DNA of 50,318 nt from Chromera velia (GCA_018398765.1 JAHBMJ010000318.1:1-50318); one strand, 5' to 3'. Positions 34,362 through 48,267 are shown, counted from the first letter of the stretch. Notes: generated from the letters alone by a model not told the origin. Numbers and translations: made by a program.

Positions 34362-37300
34362 ATGGCTCCTCGAACTCGGTCACAAGCAAAGAAAGAGGAG
34401 CAGGCAGGGAAAAAGAAAGGGAAAAACGGAAAAGGGCTCTAAAAAGGATTGCAAGAGGTGGGTCTGAAAGGTGGGGGAAGGAAATCAGCAAAGAATAGGG
34501 AAAGAGAACAAGAACAGGAGCAAGAGGCTAACCCTGTGGTCCAAGAGGTGCAGGCAAAGGAAGTAGGGGAAGAGAGGGTGGAACAACCAGTAGGGCCAGG
34601 AAATAGACGTGCAGACCCGACGTACAGAAGGAGTAGGATGCAGGGTCTGGAGGCAAGAGACTCAGGGGAGGATGGAAAAGAGATCCTATCATAAGAGGCC
34701 TCTCCGGAAGTGTTGTCTGAATTGCATAACATGGGGATTGTTCTGACAAGATCCGATACGGGGGCACTGAAGCTTCGCCGCGTAGAACCCATGTCTGTTG
34801 ACATGGCATTATCTAGAGCGCCATCGCGCTGCAGACCCCAGGCGCCGATAGTTCCGTCCCTGCCCCCTTTTGACCTCCCCAAAGTAAAGATGGACTTACC
34901 ATCGTTTGACGGAGACTGCGTGAAGGCTCGGGGTTTCTGGAACTCGTTGATGAAACTGTATGAGAGCCTCGGATGGACGTTCACAAACCTGAAAAACATC
35001 TACCTCCCGACTACCCTCAAAGCACCTGCAAAGGAATGGTTTGAGATGTTACCCCCTGAAAGGCTAGCTAAGTGTGCCACTCATGAAGACCTAAAAACGC
35101 TGTTTATGAAGAAATATGGCATAGATGAGAGAGAAGCAGAGTGCAAAAAGAGAGAGCTGTTGCAGATCGCTCAGAGGACCCCCTCTAGTTTGGGGAAAGC
35201 TCTACTGAGTACGTTTGACGTTTTGAGGAAAATTGCGGGATTGCAGACCAAGGCACCGACAACCCGACCGCACTAGCAGCCTTCATTGAGGGCCTGGAGG
35301 ATGATCAGGTCTGCATTCAAATAGAAAGCAAAACGTATGACACTTTTGAAGAGAATCTGATGCACGTGCAGCTGAGGAAGTGGGAGGACGTAGTGAAAAA
35401 GAAACGAAACCGAGAAATAGGGGGGGTAAGTGAGGGAGACTAACCCATCAAACGTCTTTGGATTTCAGCAGTAGAAGGAGAAGAGTCGAATGCCCAGTCG
35501 CAAAGTAAGGAAGAACAGTTGATGGTGCCCCCAGAAGAGATGATGCAAAGGGTTCTCAACAATGCTGCCCTCGCACTTTCTGCACAAGTGCAGTGTGAGT
35601 GGTGTGCAGGAACGAGACCACACACAGAAGAGGGGTGCCCTGTTCCCGCTTCAACCACCTATCACCGGTGTAAACAGATAGGACATATCAAAGCAGCTTG
35701 CCCCAACCCACCAATTAGAATTAGATGGGGGCAAGATGCATACAGCGGGGATGCTTTCAGGTCTGGAAGACGATGGGAAGGTACTTAGTCCAGGGGTGGG
35801 CCCCCTCCCAGACATGAGCTTCCCGACCCCCACCTTTCGGAGTTTGCACTCCCTCAGCAGAACGGGTGGATACGTAACGATTGGAAAAGGCCCTGGGACG
35901 GACCCCAGGGGTGACGATTTGAGCCCCCAGGGCCGCCTGCGGGCCGGGGCTGACCTATGCAACAGGAGCCTTAGGTTGTACCCCCAGCTGTGAGAGGAGG
36001 CCAACCACACCAGGTCATGCCCCCGAGAGGGACCCCTGGTGCCCTTATGCCACTCCCGAGAGTTATGGACAGACCCTCCTTGAGAGCGTTACCTCCATCC
36101 GGAGCCATGGCCTCAGTAGCCAACCGAACTCCCTTGGGCCAGCAAAAACACTGATGCGCCTGCCTTTGAGGGGCAGAGTCACACGCCCGGAATGGCCCCA
36201 GCCATACCGCAGAGAGAAGCACTTATCACCCACATCAATCTCCAGCCTGCAGCTAGTAGGATAGGAATATGCATTGATCTAGAAAAAACGTTCATAATCC
36301 CAGCTCTGATTGATACGGGGAGTGATGTGTCGACACTGGGGGAAGAAGTGTTGTCGAGGTTGAATGCTACGCATGGAGGGTCTTACCGTTTATATCCATC
36401 CCCCATGAAGTTAAAAGGTGAAGGAGGGGAATGTTTGGAGAATGTAGGGGTGATTACGTTGAGTCTTTTCATGGACAAGGTGACGAAACAGACTTTCTAT
36501 GTCACGAAGAATACATGACATGCATGCATTCTGGGGATTGACTTCTGTCGAACCCACACTGAGGCGGTTGGATTCAAACCAGACTGCCTATTTCTCAAGG
36601 AGACGGGGGTCACGCCAGGCTCCTTGCCTCCTCTGCCTGTTACTCTGACCCCTATGACTATGCTAGAAAAAGAAAGAAGTTTTCTTCCTTTCTCTCTCTC
36701 TCTCTTCCCTCATCCCAGGTCCTACGCCCCCTTACTCTTTCTTACCTGAACATCAGGATCCCCGACGGAACTCCCATGCCCGATGAAACCATGGTCTGCG
36801 TGTTGCCTCTGACTGTTCCTCACAGGGAGTTGCTACTTGCAGGAATAGAAGTGTAAGAAACGGTGTCAATAGTCAAAAACCGCTCAGTTCGAGTAGCACT
36901 CTGCAATTATACAACCTATGAATACACGGTGAAACCTTTCATGCTTGTGGCAGTTGTCACGGTTTGCATGGCCCTGCCGGAAGCTGATGAGAAAGAAAAA
37001 CAGGAAGTGAGCAAGGAAAGAGGGGAGTCTGCTGAACGATCCCTTTCCAGCCACCCTACGACATCAATAGCCACACCCCCTGACCTTCCCAACGTCGCTG
37101 CCCTAGTAACTGAAGTCGTTGAAGACGGCGATCTCGAAACAGTACCTCTTCGTGCCTGCCTCCCGACCCAAACTGCATAAACAGAGCAAGCCAGGAAAAA
37201 TATCGAAAAAGCCCTTTAGAAGAGTGAGGAGCTCACACAAGAACAAAAGGGGGAGCTAAGGAAGCTCTTATAAGAGTTTGCTTGTTTAGCCCCCACCCCC

Positions 37301-40300
37301 ACGGATATCGGAAAAATCAAAGGCCCCGAAATCCAAATAGACACAGGGGATGCAAAGCCGATCTACGTTTAGCCCCGACCGATCCCTTACGCGCTGGAAG
37401 GGGAGGCAAAGGAGTTGATAAATGAACTGATTAAACAGGATATCATTAAGCCTGCTCGTTCTCCCTAGGGGGCACCTGTCTGTTTCATACGGAAATCCTC
37501 GGGGAAGCTTAGGCTCATAGTAGACTTCCGAGCCCTCAACAAGGTGATAGCACGGGGCCACTGGCCCCTGGGGGACATCAAAAAGGTCCTGAGCTCCCTG
37601 AGAGGGAAAAAACTGTTTTTACTCCTTGATCTCCCTTCTGTTTTCTTTCAGTTAGTAGTGTGGCTGATAGACCGACCAAAGCTTGCCTTTTGTACTAAGT
37701 AGGGGCAATTCCAGCACAAGAGGCTCCCAATGGGCCTCTCGATCAGTCCGTCTGAGTTCCAAAGGACGATCGACCACCTGGTCGGTGACCTTCCCTGCGC
37801 GAACATATACGTGAACGATATTTTATATGCAGCAGCAGCAGTTGGGAAGAGCATTTATCCAATCTTAAAAGAATATTGGAGAGGCTGACTGAAGCCAACG
37901 CAAGGCTAGCCTTCCAAAAATGCAGGTTTCGTCAAACCTCGTTCCGATACCTTGGCTTTCAGGTCTTTCAAGAAGGCCTGCGCCCCTGTGAAGAAAAAGT
38001 AAAAGCCATCATAGAAGCAAGAGCCCCGAAAAACGTGAAAGAGATCAAAAGCTTCATGGGGGTGTGCGGATACTATCGATCGTTCGTTCCCAATTTTAGT
38101 GGCACCGCTGCTCCACTTTTGCAGCTAACTCGGAAGGGAACCCCCTTTGTGTGGCAAGCACCCCAAGAGGAAGCCTTTAGAGCACTCAAATAGGCACTGA
38201 CCACAGCAGATGTGCTTGTCTACCCCGATTTCACCAAGCCTTTCATTCTCTGCACGGATGCCAGCCTGGCTGCGGTGCAGGAGGACAAAGAAGGGAGGGC
38301 AAGGGTTATTTCGTATACAAGCCACCGGCTCACCGCCGTTGAAGCTCGGTGGTCGATATCAGAGATAGAGGCATATGCAGCCGTATGGGGGGTATACCAC
38401 TACTGAGAGTACTTATACGATGTTCCCTTCAAAGTAGTCACCGATCACAAGGCTCTCCTCTATCTAGACTCCTTCAAGGATACGAATGCGAGACTGTATT
38501 GATGAAGCCTGAAGCTGAGTATTTACAACTATACAGTAGAGTACCGCCCGGGGAGAAGCCATCTAGACGTAGATGGACTGACCCGAGAGCCTTTTGTCCA
38601 TGAGGGCTGGCCCCGTGTCCGTTTGGATTCCAACACAAAAGATGAAATCGTAGTAGCCCCAGTGTCTGCCCTTCCCGCCAAAGAAACGATCTGCAAAGTG
38701 TGGAAGAGGGAGGAATTCATAGAAAAACAGAAGGAGGATGAAGAACTAAAACCGCTTATTCAGTATCTCACCAAAAAAGGGGGGGTTCAGGAAGGGAAGG
38801 CAGAGTACAGACCCCGCCTTGATGTACAAGCCAGCATGTATGTAATGGACCGGGGCCTTCCTTTGCGAATGCTACCCCCAGCCTCAGGATACAAGAAGGG
38901 AACGCGTTTCCTCCTGGTTGTCCCCAAAGCATTGCAGAGAAAAGCACAATACAACTATTATACCTGTCTAGTCGCTGGCTATGCAGGCATACAGAAGATG
39001 ATTAGAGATCTGACGGCTGACCTGTATTGGGGGAATGTCTTTGCAGACATTAAAAGGTTCGTGAAGACCTGCAAAACATGCCAAGAGAGGAAACGGAAAG
39101 CAGAAAGAGACACATTCGTGATTCAAGAACCCCTTATTGAACCGCTCCAGAGGTTTGCGGTCGATCTGGTGGGCCCTTTAGTACTGTCCAATCAGATAGA
39201 GGGCAGACGGTTTAAGTGGATCCTCACTGCAATGGACTGCACGAGTCGATGGACGGAAATAGTAGCACTCACAGATGCGAAAGCCCCAACCGTAGCCAGA
39301 GCCCTCGTTGAAAGAATCATTTTGAGGTGGGGGGCACCTTTAAAACTTTTAAGTGACGAGGGAAGCAACTTCTTTAATCCAATCATTCAGGCAATCTGTG
39401 ATTTGTGCAACACCTGACGTATTGTCTCGACCGTATATAACCCCCAAACAAATACCCGGCTCGAACGGTTCCACAGACGGCTGAAGGAAATTCTATCAGC
39501 CTACATCCACAAACACCAGTGAGACTGGCCACTATACTGCCGCTTCGCGCAATACATTTTTAATACCCAAACCCATGAAGGCATGGGCATGTCCCCGTTT
39601 TTTTTTTTCTATAGCTGCCACCCAAATAAGCCATCCCATCTCTTGACAGACCTGACAGAGGACCAGCCCGGGGTCCTTGCTGAGGATTACATTGACCTCC
39701 TTGGTGAGGTCCAGAAAGAATCCCACCTATAGCAGCAGTTCTAACAAGAGGCGGCAGAGTCGAAAATGAGGAGAATCCTGCAAAAACAGCCGCAGAAAGG
39801 GGGAGGGAAGACACCGTAAGGACCAATCGAGTACAAAAAAAAACAGTACGTATGGTTGAAGACATATGCTCACAAGGGGGTGAGTGAGAAATTGGCCTCA
39901 AAATGGGAAGGGCCGTATCGGGTTAAGCAAGTCAGGCTAAATTCCACCCTGGTTCTCAAAAGATTAGGCGCCCAAAGGCTGAAGGTTGTGAGTAGGTGTA
40001 GAGTCAAGCCGTACTACAGCCGTGACCCGGAAATGAGCAATAAGGTAGAGGGGGGAGCGAGGGGTCGAGAATGGGCACGGAGAGAGCCAACTGCTTCCCC
40101 GAGACCCACAGGAAAGACAGAACGAAGTTCGACAGGCAGTTAAGGAGAAGCAAGACAGACAGTTGCAGAAATGATGGGGGCAAGTGGCCCGAACAGACGG
40201 GTCGAGTTGGAAGTAAATGAGGAAGTGGAGGAGGAGAAAATTGAGGAAGGTGAAGAATATGAAGTGAAACGTATGTGTGGAGAGAAAACAGACAGAAAAG

Positions 40301-40497
40301 GGAACACCTGGTTCCTTCTCAAGTTTGCTGGTTACCTTCAACCTGAGTGGTGTCACGAGAATAACTGCTCATGCCCGGACTTGGTTGAACAGTACTGCGA
40401 GGAAAAGAGGAACCAGGGTCATAAGCAGATGCGTCGGAGAACGGGTATAGAGAACGTTCCAAGCACCGAATCCAGTGAAGGAAACCTGCAGAGATAG
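34362..40497 (+). pseudogene. gag-pol: Gypsy gag-pol with C-terminal chromodomain, many stops and frameshifts
   Basis: Gag LPSFDG..AKEWFE; knuckles CEWC..H..C and (C>Y)HRCKQIGHIKAAC; protease ALIDTGS (~36302); RT SP*GAPV..VDFRALN..LPMGL..YVND; RNase H CTDAS..EIEAYA..TDHKAL; integrase VDLVGP..SDEGSNF..ERFHR; WEGPY; chromodomain YEVKRM..WFLLKFAGY..PEW (~40255-40398). Confidence 0.93.
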
Positions 40498-41606
40498 GAA
40501 AGGGGCAGTGTAAAGCAGGGCATGTGAATATCTATGAACAGCGCAGAGTGCTATTACAGAGCGATTGTATATGTATCTTTTCGTCTCTCTTCCTCATCTG
40601 TCTCCTGCCCCCTCCTCGTCTTTTTCTTTCCTCTCGTACAACTTGTCCCCGCTCTTCGTCCTTCCTTTCTTCCTTCTTCCACTCCTTTCTCTCTCTCCTT
40701 CTATAGGCACTCGGTCCAGCACTCGGTCTATCTGAACTAGGTTCCTCTTATGAATCCCTCTCCTTCACCTTCAATTTCCTCGTTAACTGCTCTCTTTACC
40801 TTTCATCTGTTTGATCTCTCTCCTTTCTTTCCTCTCTTTCTCTTTCTTTCTCTCCTTCTCCCTCTGAGCCTGAGTAGTGAATCAATGAATGAATGATGGA
40901 ATCAGTAACTAAACAAAGGCAGGGCGGGAACCTTCATGACTTTATGCTCAGTAAAAAAGCGATACAGGGTTTCATAGCGGAATGGCTGACATGCAGGACA
41001 CACCTAGATGAGTGAACGAGTGAACCATCGACCGCCTGACTGAAACCCCGAGAGTCATATCAATGTATGACATAGTGCCCAAATGTATGCATGTTCAGGG
41101 CGCTGCACGGAAGAAGAGAAGGGAGAGCATGCATATGAGAATACGTATATAAGCAAATGATGCATGAGAGCCTGGATAAATGAGAAATGAACGGATGGAG
41201 AAAACAACTACGGCTGAGTGTAACAAGAGAAGCTCGATTTTTACGGTAACGGGTGGGGTATATAGAGCAGCATAGAGCCTTTTGCCCGGTTGAAGGAAAG
41301 AGAAGGGAAGGGGAAAAACATGGAAGATAAGGCCCTTGCCCAGAGGCCGGCGACATGCGGGCACGGCAACAGCCAGGGCACCCGACAATGAGCATAGGGG
41401 AAGAGAAGGGGGGCTAGAGAGCTGCATGAATGTCACAAATCGAGAGGCAGTGAAACTTTTGGGACGAAAGGGGAGACTGATGAATGAATGAACGGATGAG
41501 CGAGCATGACTCATGCTGCATGAGCAAGGAACGACTGGGAACGACAAAGTGAAAAGAGTATGGATGAATAAATGCATGAATAAGTAGAAAGAATGAGGAA
41601 GTTAAA

Positions 41607-41867
41607 GAATGTATGCACAAGTAAATAAACGATGCGCAAAGGAACGAGTGAATCGAGGAATGCATGCACGAGTAAATAAATGATGCACAAAGGAACGAAT
41701 GAATCGAGGAATGCATGCACGAGAAAATAAACGATGCACAAAGGAACAAATGAATCGAGGAATGTATGCACGAGTAAATAAACGATGCACAAAGGAACGA
41801 GTGAATCGAGGAATGCATACACGAGAAAATGAACGATGCGCAAAGGAACGAGTGAATTGAAAAATGC
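41607..41867. repeat. 51-bp tandem repeat, ~5 copies, downstream of pol
   Basis: Units GAATGCATGCACGAGTAAATAAACGATGCACAAAGGAACGAGTGAATCGAG start at 41607, 41658, 41709, 41760 and 41811. Confidence 0.92.
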
Positions 41868-42035
41868 AGGGACGTAAGTGGATAGATGTATGGAAGAACG
41901 GGAAATCAAAGGATACACACGCAAGCGAAAAGCGAGCAAGTGGATGAGCAAGGAAATGAGTGAATTACAGAGACACGGATGAGTATGCACGGACAAAAGT
42001 ATGATTATGAAGGAACGAACAATTGGACAAATAAG

Positions 42036-42120
42036 TGAATGAACAACTGAATGAATGAATGAATGAATGAATGAATGAATGAATGAAGGAATGGATGACT
42101 AAAAGAACGAATGAATGAAA
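42036..42120. repeat. (GAAT)n microsatellite
   Basis: Directly visible. Confidence 0.9.
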
Positions 42121-45100
42121 ACCTCAAGGGAGCAAAGAGAAAAAATGAAGCGATGAAGCGACTTGATTATATCGTTTTCTTTTCTATTCTTTTCTCTTCC
42201 TTTCTTCCTCGACGTCCCTCCCTCTTTCCAAACTGCCCTTCCCAGATCGGACTCACCAATCGTGTCTGACTTCAACCTCTTTGTCCTTCCATCTTAGTTT
42301 TAAAAACGCGTCATGCCGTCTAAAAAGATAGAGTTCAGCGTCAAAGGAGGGTTCACACCTGAGTGAGTGACGGACCTCCCACAAGCTGTCCTCCTGAAAA
42401 AAAGAAGGAGAAGAGAAAAGGATCGAAAGAGTAGTGGATCGACCAACAACGGGAATGCATGACTAATACATGGGTTTAAGCGAGTAACCGTACGTAGCCG
42501 GATCTCTGAGAGGAAGAAGAAGAAGAAGAAAAACAAAAGAGAGACAGAGAGGGAAGATCCGAATGAATAGAGAATCTGAATAACTCAATCTCGAAAAGTG
42601 GTCCACTCACACCCAGTGAGACGAAAAAGAGAAAACAAGGAGGCGTCAATGAATAAGGTATGCAAAAAGCGGAAAGAATTCTTTTTAAGGGCCCTTACCG
42701 CGCTTTTTCATCACTACAGCGGATACCTCCCCGCTGCTTCTCTGTCTTCCCATTTCTCTCTTCTTCTCTCTTCTTCCCTTTCTGCTCCTTTCCCTCTGTT
42801 CCTCGCTTTCCCTCCTTCTCTATTCAAGATGTATTCAGCCGGCCAATTCTTTTTCCTTCTATACCCACCAAGTCTCCGCCAGACGATCTTGCTGTCTTCC
42901 GTTGCTCCGCTCAACCGGACAGTCCCGCCATGTTAGAATTACTAGTACTGTACCCAAGGCAGGTGATAAGGAGCGCATACCACACGAATACAAGCAGCTT
43001 GAATGTAAAGGTCTGTGAAAGGAAAATGTATGAGAAAATGAGACAGCAGGGCCGCCTCCACAGTTCTGCATGAGCATAAGAATGGTAGGAAGGGACATAA
43101 GAGCGGCTGTTGGGTTTTTTTTGAGTGGTGGCATGCTAGGGTGGCATGAAGGGAGGCGTTGCCGTCTCTCCATGAGGAATGCCGTCTCTTTAAGTGCAGA
43201 TACAGCACAAGACCTCCCCTCATGAATAAAACAAAGCACATGGTATGCTCATATTGAAAGCGCCAAGCCAGCCAGACAGAGTGCCTGAAATACTTCATCA
43301 ATGCCTTCCTACATGTCGTATTCGTCCGTCTATATGGGATCGTTTTGGTGACTCGCCTGCCGGCTCCGCACTTCTACCCCAGTTACGAACTACAAGAGCG
43401 ACATGGAAGCCCCCTTCACACATGAAGCAAAACACCCAACGACCTCATATTGAGGGCGCCCAACTAACCAGATAGGGTACTTGAAATACTCCGGCATTGG
43501 TGTCCCATTTGCTTTTTTCAATCCGTCTACATAGGATCGTTTTGCGCCGCCCAGCCGTCTCCGCACCCACTCCGCACGTCTGCTCCTGCTGAGGCCATAA
43601 AAATCAGAAACCTGCAAGCATTATTGAGCTGCATGATTAGCAAGAATGAAAACAGCAGAAGAAAGACAGAGAACAAAGAAGAGTGACCCGCTCTATGCAA
43701 AAAGGAAGTCAGAGATCTTTCCCCGTCTCTCTTTGAAATCCTCTCTTCCCCTGAATAGCACCTAGCTGTATCTAGCTGTCACGCCGTCTCCAAAAGCCCT
43801 GCAATACTATGAAGCTGACCTTCACTCACAAAAAAAAGAAAGAGAGGGTCATCTTGAGTGCATGCGTTCATGGAGTTAATAGGCTGCTCGTAAGCCTCTG
43901 GCTCTGCTGACAGCCCCCAGTTGCAACAACCACTCGTCTATACGAAGGGGGTCCCGCTTGGTCTGACCGGCGTCCTGCAATGGAATGGCGTCTTCACCAA
44001 CTATGGAAGACCTCGGAAGGGCATGAAAATGGGACCGCACACCGCATTCAGTCGGTTTGCACCAACAGACGGACATGAGAACTGCAGAAATAGGAGACAG
44101 GTGCAAGTACAGAAGCCAAAGTAAGGAGTGAGGACAATGAGGGACAGTTAAGTAAATCCAGGCACAGAAACAGGTGAGGACAGGAGGGAACGTGTCGGCC
44201 GGGGAAGGGAGATGGACAACTGCAAAATCTGATGAAATTCCAATCGGCCAACGTTGCTGATCATACATGAAGAAATGTATGAGGACTCTCTGAGATACAT
44301 GTATGATTCCTATGCTGATAAAATGCATGTGCATGGGTGAATGCATGAATATGATGGGTGGGCATGCGGCTCAGATCGATCGATACAAGCTCATCAAAAA
44401 AATCACCGGAAAGGGAGAACAGGCGGAGAAAGGCAGATCTCCCAAAAGGTCACCAAAAAAAAAAAAAAAAGGAGAACAGGCGGAGAGAGACCAGATCTCC
44501 TAAGGCAGAAGTGAGGACCTGACCTCGTAATACAGCAGCGAGAGAGAAAAGAAGGAGACCGGGGGAGAGAACCCGGGGTTCCGGAGGCAAGAGTGAGAAC
44601 CTGACCTCCCACAAAAGTTGTGATCCAAAGCATATGCTAAAGAGCAAGGAAGGAGTTAACGTGCGAGTCAGTAGATCGCTAAAGGGACGGGGAAGGGGTC
44701 GACGTGAGGGAAGATCAGGAAGACCGCAACCCTACAAAAAATGGTAGAAAGAAATGAATCAGTATTTCCAAACAGAAAGAACAGTCAACATTGACTGTAG
44801 TAGAAGTTGCCATACGGGAGAGGTCTCAGTCTGACAAACGTTAACACCCATGAACAGACCTAACACTGCATGCATGGGATGCTATTACGTATAAAGATAA
44901 ATATATACGTATATCGATATTTGTAGCATGTATAACCCTATGCGTAGGGAAATATATGGATGCAGACCATAAATCTTTTATAAAACTAATTGTCTATGCG
45001 AACGGGGGGAGGGAAGAAGAACAACAGGTGACTGAATATACGAAAATCTAAGCTCGCTCCTGACTCACCATATTAAATAGGCAAGGGATACGTGAGTACT

Positions 45101-45416
45101 CTAGGCTTACTGACTCATGGGAGGGCCCACCCACGACCAGTAAACCTATGAGGAAATGTTATCTAATCAAAAGACACACACACCCACATACTCACACGCA
45201 GAAAGAACGGAGGGCTTCGCTCATGACCTGTCCACGTACCAGCCGATTTCCCTCCACAAATGAACAATGAGATATCCCCCCTTTCAAAACTGCATTGGTA
45301 GCCTTCCACTGCATTGTGCTGAGGTCATTGGAGGTGCTCAATCTGTCAGATCTGGCTAGTTTGTTTGCTTTTCGATCCGTACACATTGACTGCATGTACA
45401 ACACTGGGAAGCATCC

Positions 45417-46790
45417 TTGGGAGCATCAGCCATCCACTCCACCTGTCTGCAAGACAGACATCAACCCATAAACATGATTGAACGTATGTCAATCTGGGGT
45501 GTAGAAAGACGCTTGCCGGGTACGTGCAGGCAGCCTCTGCAGGCGGGAGAGATCGTGCGAATAGCCCGTGAAAGCGATAAGCAAGGCAGAAGGAAATAGA
45601 CATGCCTCATATACCGCCTTTACAGGATAACCCGTACGACGAAAAACAACAATCTTGAAAAGAAAAAAGTTCGGCAGCAAAGAGGAGTAGAAGTCTCACA
45701 ATACGGCAGTTTCCAAGGAGGACAGGGATGACAGATTTGAAGGGTAGTAAGAAATAGAAAAGGAATTCCAAAGATGCTGAAGGCAAAAACCGACAAACAA
45801 CTGGAGAGATACATTAGTCTCTCCAATCACCAATATGTGACAGCTGTCGAACCAACCGATGAGCGACCCGACGTGGAAGTCTCTTTCATTCCCTCCCATG
45901 AGTATGAATATGAACGAAACGACAAGAACCCAAAATACAACATCCAGTTCACAAGCCAGATCACATTGATGCACAACCAATGGAACATGAGGAACCTGGG
46001 GTTTCACTTCCTAGTGTGGACCTAAAGAATTCTGCTCACTTTCCTTCTCCTCCTTCTGATCCTATCGCTTACCTTCGTCAAAGAAACCAAGAGGGCCGTC
46101 ACCAGGGCCCTGAACAATCAACAGAAGAGGGTTAAAAGGGCCAAAAGAACGGCAGAACTCCCCCTTGAGATCGCTGTCCGAGGTGTATTGTGTTTCTTTA
46201 ATACTACGGCAGGGCTCTTCTGCAGAGCAAATGGATATATGTTCTGCTGCCTGCACCGTGGCTTACGGCCATGGTCTGTGTTTAGAAACCAAGGGGTTTC
46301 CCAGCACGCAATCACCTACTTCCTGCACAACGTGCCGGCAGATTTCGATCCGGATTTCTGCTTGAACGGGGACCCGAGTTTCAAATCAGGGGCTCTAATT
46401 GTTATGCCACAAATCGTACATGAGCTCATAGCGAAGGGGGTCACGGTTCTGACCGACTCGAGAACTACGGGAAGGCGGGTTCCCATGCGGGGCATCGCGC
46501 TGCACATGCTTGCCAAGCCGGCCGTCATACTCGCACTGCTATCCATAGTCCGATTTCAAGATTGCGACCCTCCAGAGACGCTCCTGTTGATGAGCACACA
46601 TCAACTCCAGGTCATCAACAACCCCACATATTCTCTTACTTCATACTTCAAAAACGGAGAAAAGGGAAGCAACAACAAATCGTTGCTCCCCACCCTGGAG
46701 GAGTCCACCGGTGAGGAGGAAGAGGAGCAGGCAGACGGGGACGTAGAAATGGAGGAGGGAGACGGAGACGTGGAGATGGAGGAGGGATAA
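45417..46790 (+). pseudogene. Decayed additional ORF (~460 codons) between pol and the 3' LTR, with a hydrophobic segment and an acidic tail
   Basis: ORFs 45417-45599, 45774-46025 and 46188-46790 share one frame broken by four stops; contains RILLTFLLLLLILSLTFV (~46026-46079). Confidence 0.55.
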
Positions 46791-46846
46791 AGACCCGTCC
46801 ATAGAGAAGAGAAGAGCGAGGCACTGGGGGGCGGGCATGCGGTAAG

Positions 46847-47165
46847 NNNNNNNNNNNNNNNNNNNNNNNNNNNNNNNNNNNNNNNNNNNNNNNNNNNNNN
46901 NNNNNNNNNNNNNNNNNNNNNNNNNNNNNNNNNNNNNNNNNNNNNNNNNNNNNNNNNNNNNNNNNNNNNNNNNNNNNNNNNNNNNNNNNNNNNNNNNNNN
47001 NNNNNNNNNNNNNNNNNNNNNNNNNNNNNNNNNNNNNNNNNNNNNNNNNNNNNNNNNNNNNNNNNNNNNNNNNNNNNNNNNNNNNNNNNNNNNNNNNNNN
47101 NNNNNNNNNNNNNNNNNNNNNNNNNNNNNNNNNNNNNNNNNNNNNNNNNNNNNNNNNNNNNNNNN
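46847..47165. other. Assembly gap (N run)
   Basis: 319 Ns. Confidence 1.
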
Positions 47166-48141
47166 GGGGGGGGGGGGAATAAACCAGGGGGAGGGAAACA
47201 TAGGAGACAGCTAACGCTCAAGGGAGAAATCGGGGGAATAGGGGAGGGGGGAGGGGCAAGGGAAGGGAAAAGACCTTCGAGTTGGTCTCCTGAAAAAAAA
47301 GAAAAAAGAGAAAAAAGAGAAAAAGAGAAGTGATCCCACCTCTCCATTTTATCTTTCTCCCCCTACTGCCCCTCAGGAAGCCTCTGAGATGCATGATACA
47401 TATGTATGCGTGGAATTTGCATTCACGAGGGCATGTTTCGATCAGTGTGCATATTGCATGAACATGTGTATGTCCTTCAATATATATGCATCTTGGCATG
47501 CTGTCACCAAGAAACTTTAAGAATGTACATTGAATGATTGTATGGTATTCTCTCTCCATTTGTGTGCCATTTTGAGGGCTGTTTCAAATGATGCAAGGAG
47601 TACGCTACTCCGCATGTACACACTACCTATATTATTATATGGCAACATCCTTCCCTCTTCCCATCCTCCTATCTGCATGTTCACTGATTTCTCTCCTTTT
47701 CTCTCCAGCTCTCATCAAGTTTAAGTCAGCCTGTGTACTTCACCTCATTACACGGATGACCTTGTATCTATATGGTCCGTCTTCAATGGCCCTTCATATT
47801 AAATAAATATTTTTTGTTGTGAACATTAACGTATAGGAAACGAGTACAGTAAACGGGTTCAGTAAAAGGAAGGTCCATTAGATAAGTATACCTACGCCTC
47901 ACGTACAGTACATTCATGGGAATGTTCATGGATGTCCATGTGGAGTGGAAAGGCAAGTGATTTCAGTCACACCACGCGTGTATACCTCTGCTACCGAATG
48001 AGTTGCATACTTATGAATTCACAAATACATTGACTGTTTTAAGTATATGAAGAGAATAAATTAAATTTTATAATGAGAGTAGAAAGGAAAATGTGTTATG
48101 CATAGATATTCATAAGTATGAGCGCGTAGAATCGCTCATAT

Positions 48142-48153
48142 AAGAAGGGGGAA
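48142..48153 (+). promoter_or_regulatory. Polypurine tract of the gypsy element
   Basis: AAGAAGGGGGAA 2 nt before the 3' LTR. Confidence 0.8.
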
Positions 48154-48155
48154 TG

Positions 48156-48230
48156 TGTTATGCTTTCAGTTTTCTAGAAAAAAAAAAAGAGAGAACTTAC
48201 AAGGAAGAAAAAAAAATTTTAGAAAGAAAG

Positions 48231-48267
<37 letters not shown>

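Noticed and set aside
36720..36980. dUTPase-like domain between protease and RT
   Set aside because: Only a vague beta-rich resemblance; no dUTPase catalytic motifs visible.
34362..40497. Alternative genetic code (TAA/TAG = Gln) explaining the in-frame stops
   Set aside because: Host exons have no internal stops and end in TAA/TGA; some element stops replace Trp or Arg, and frameshifts are also present.
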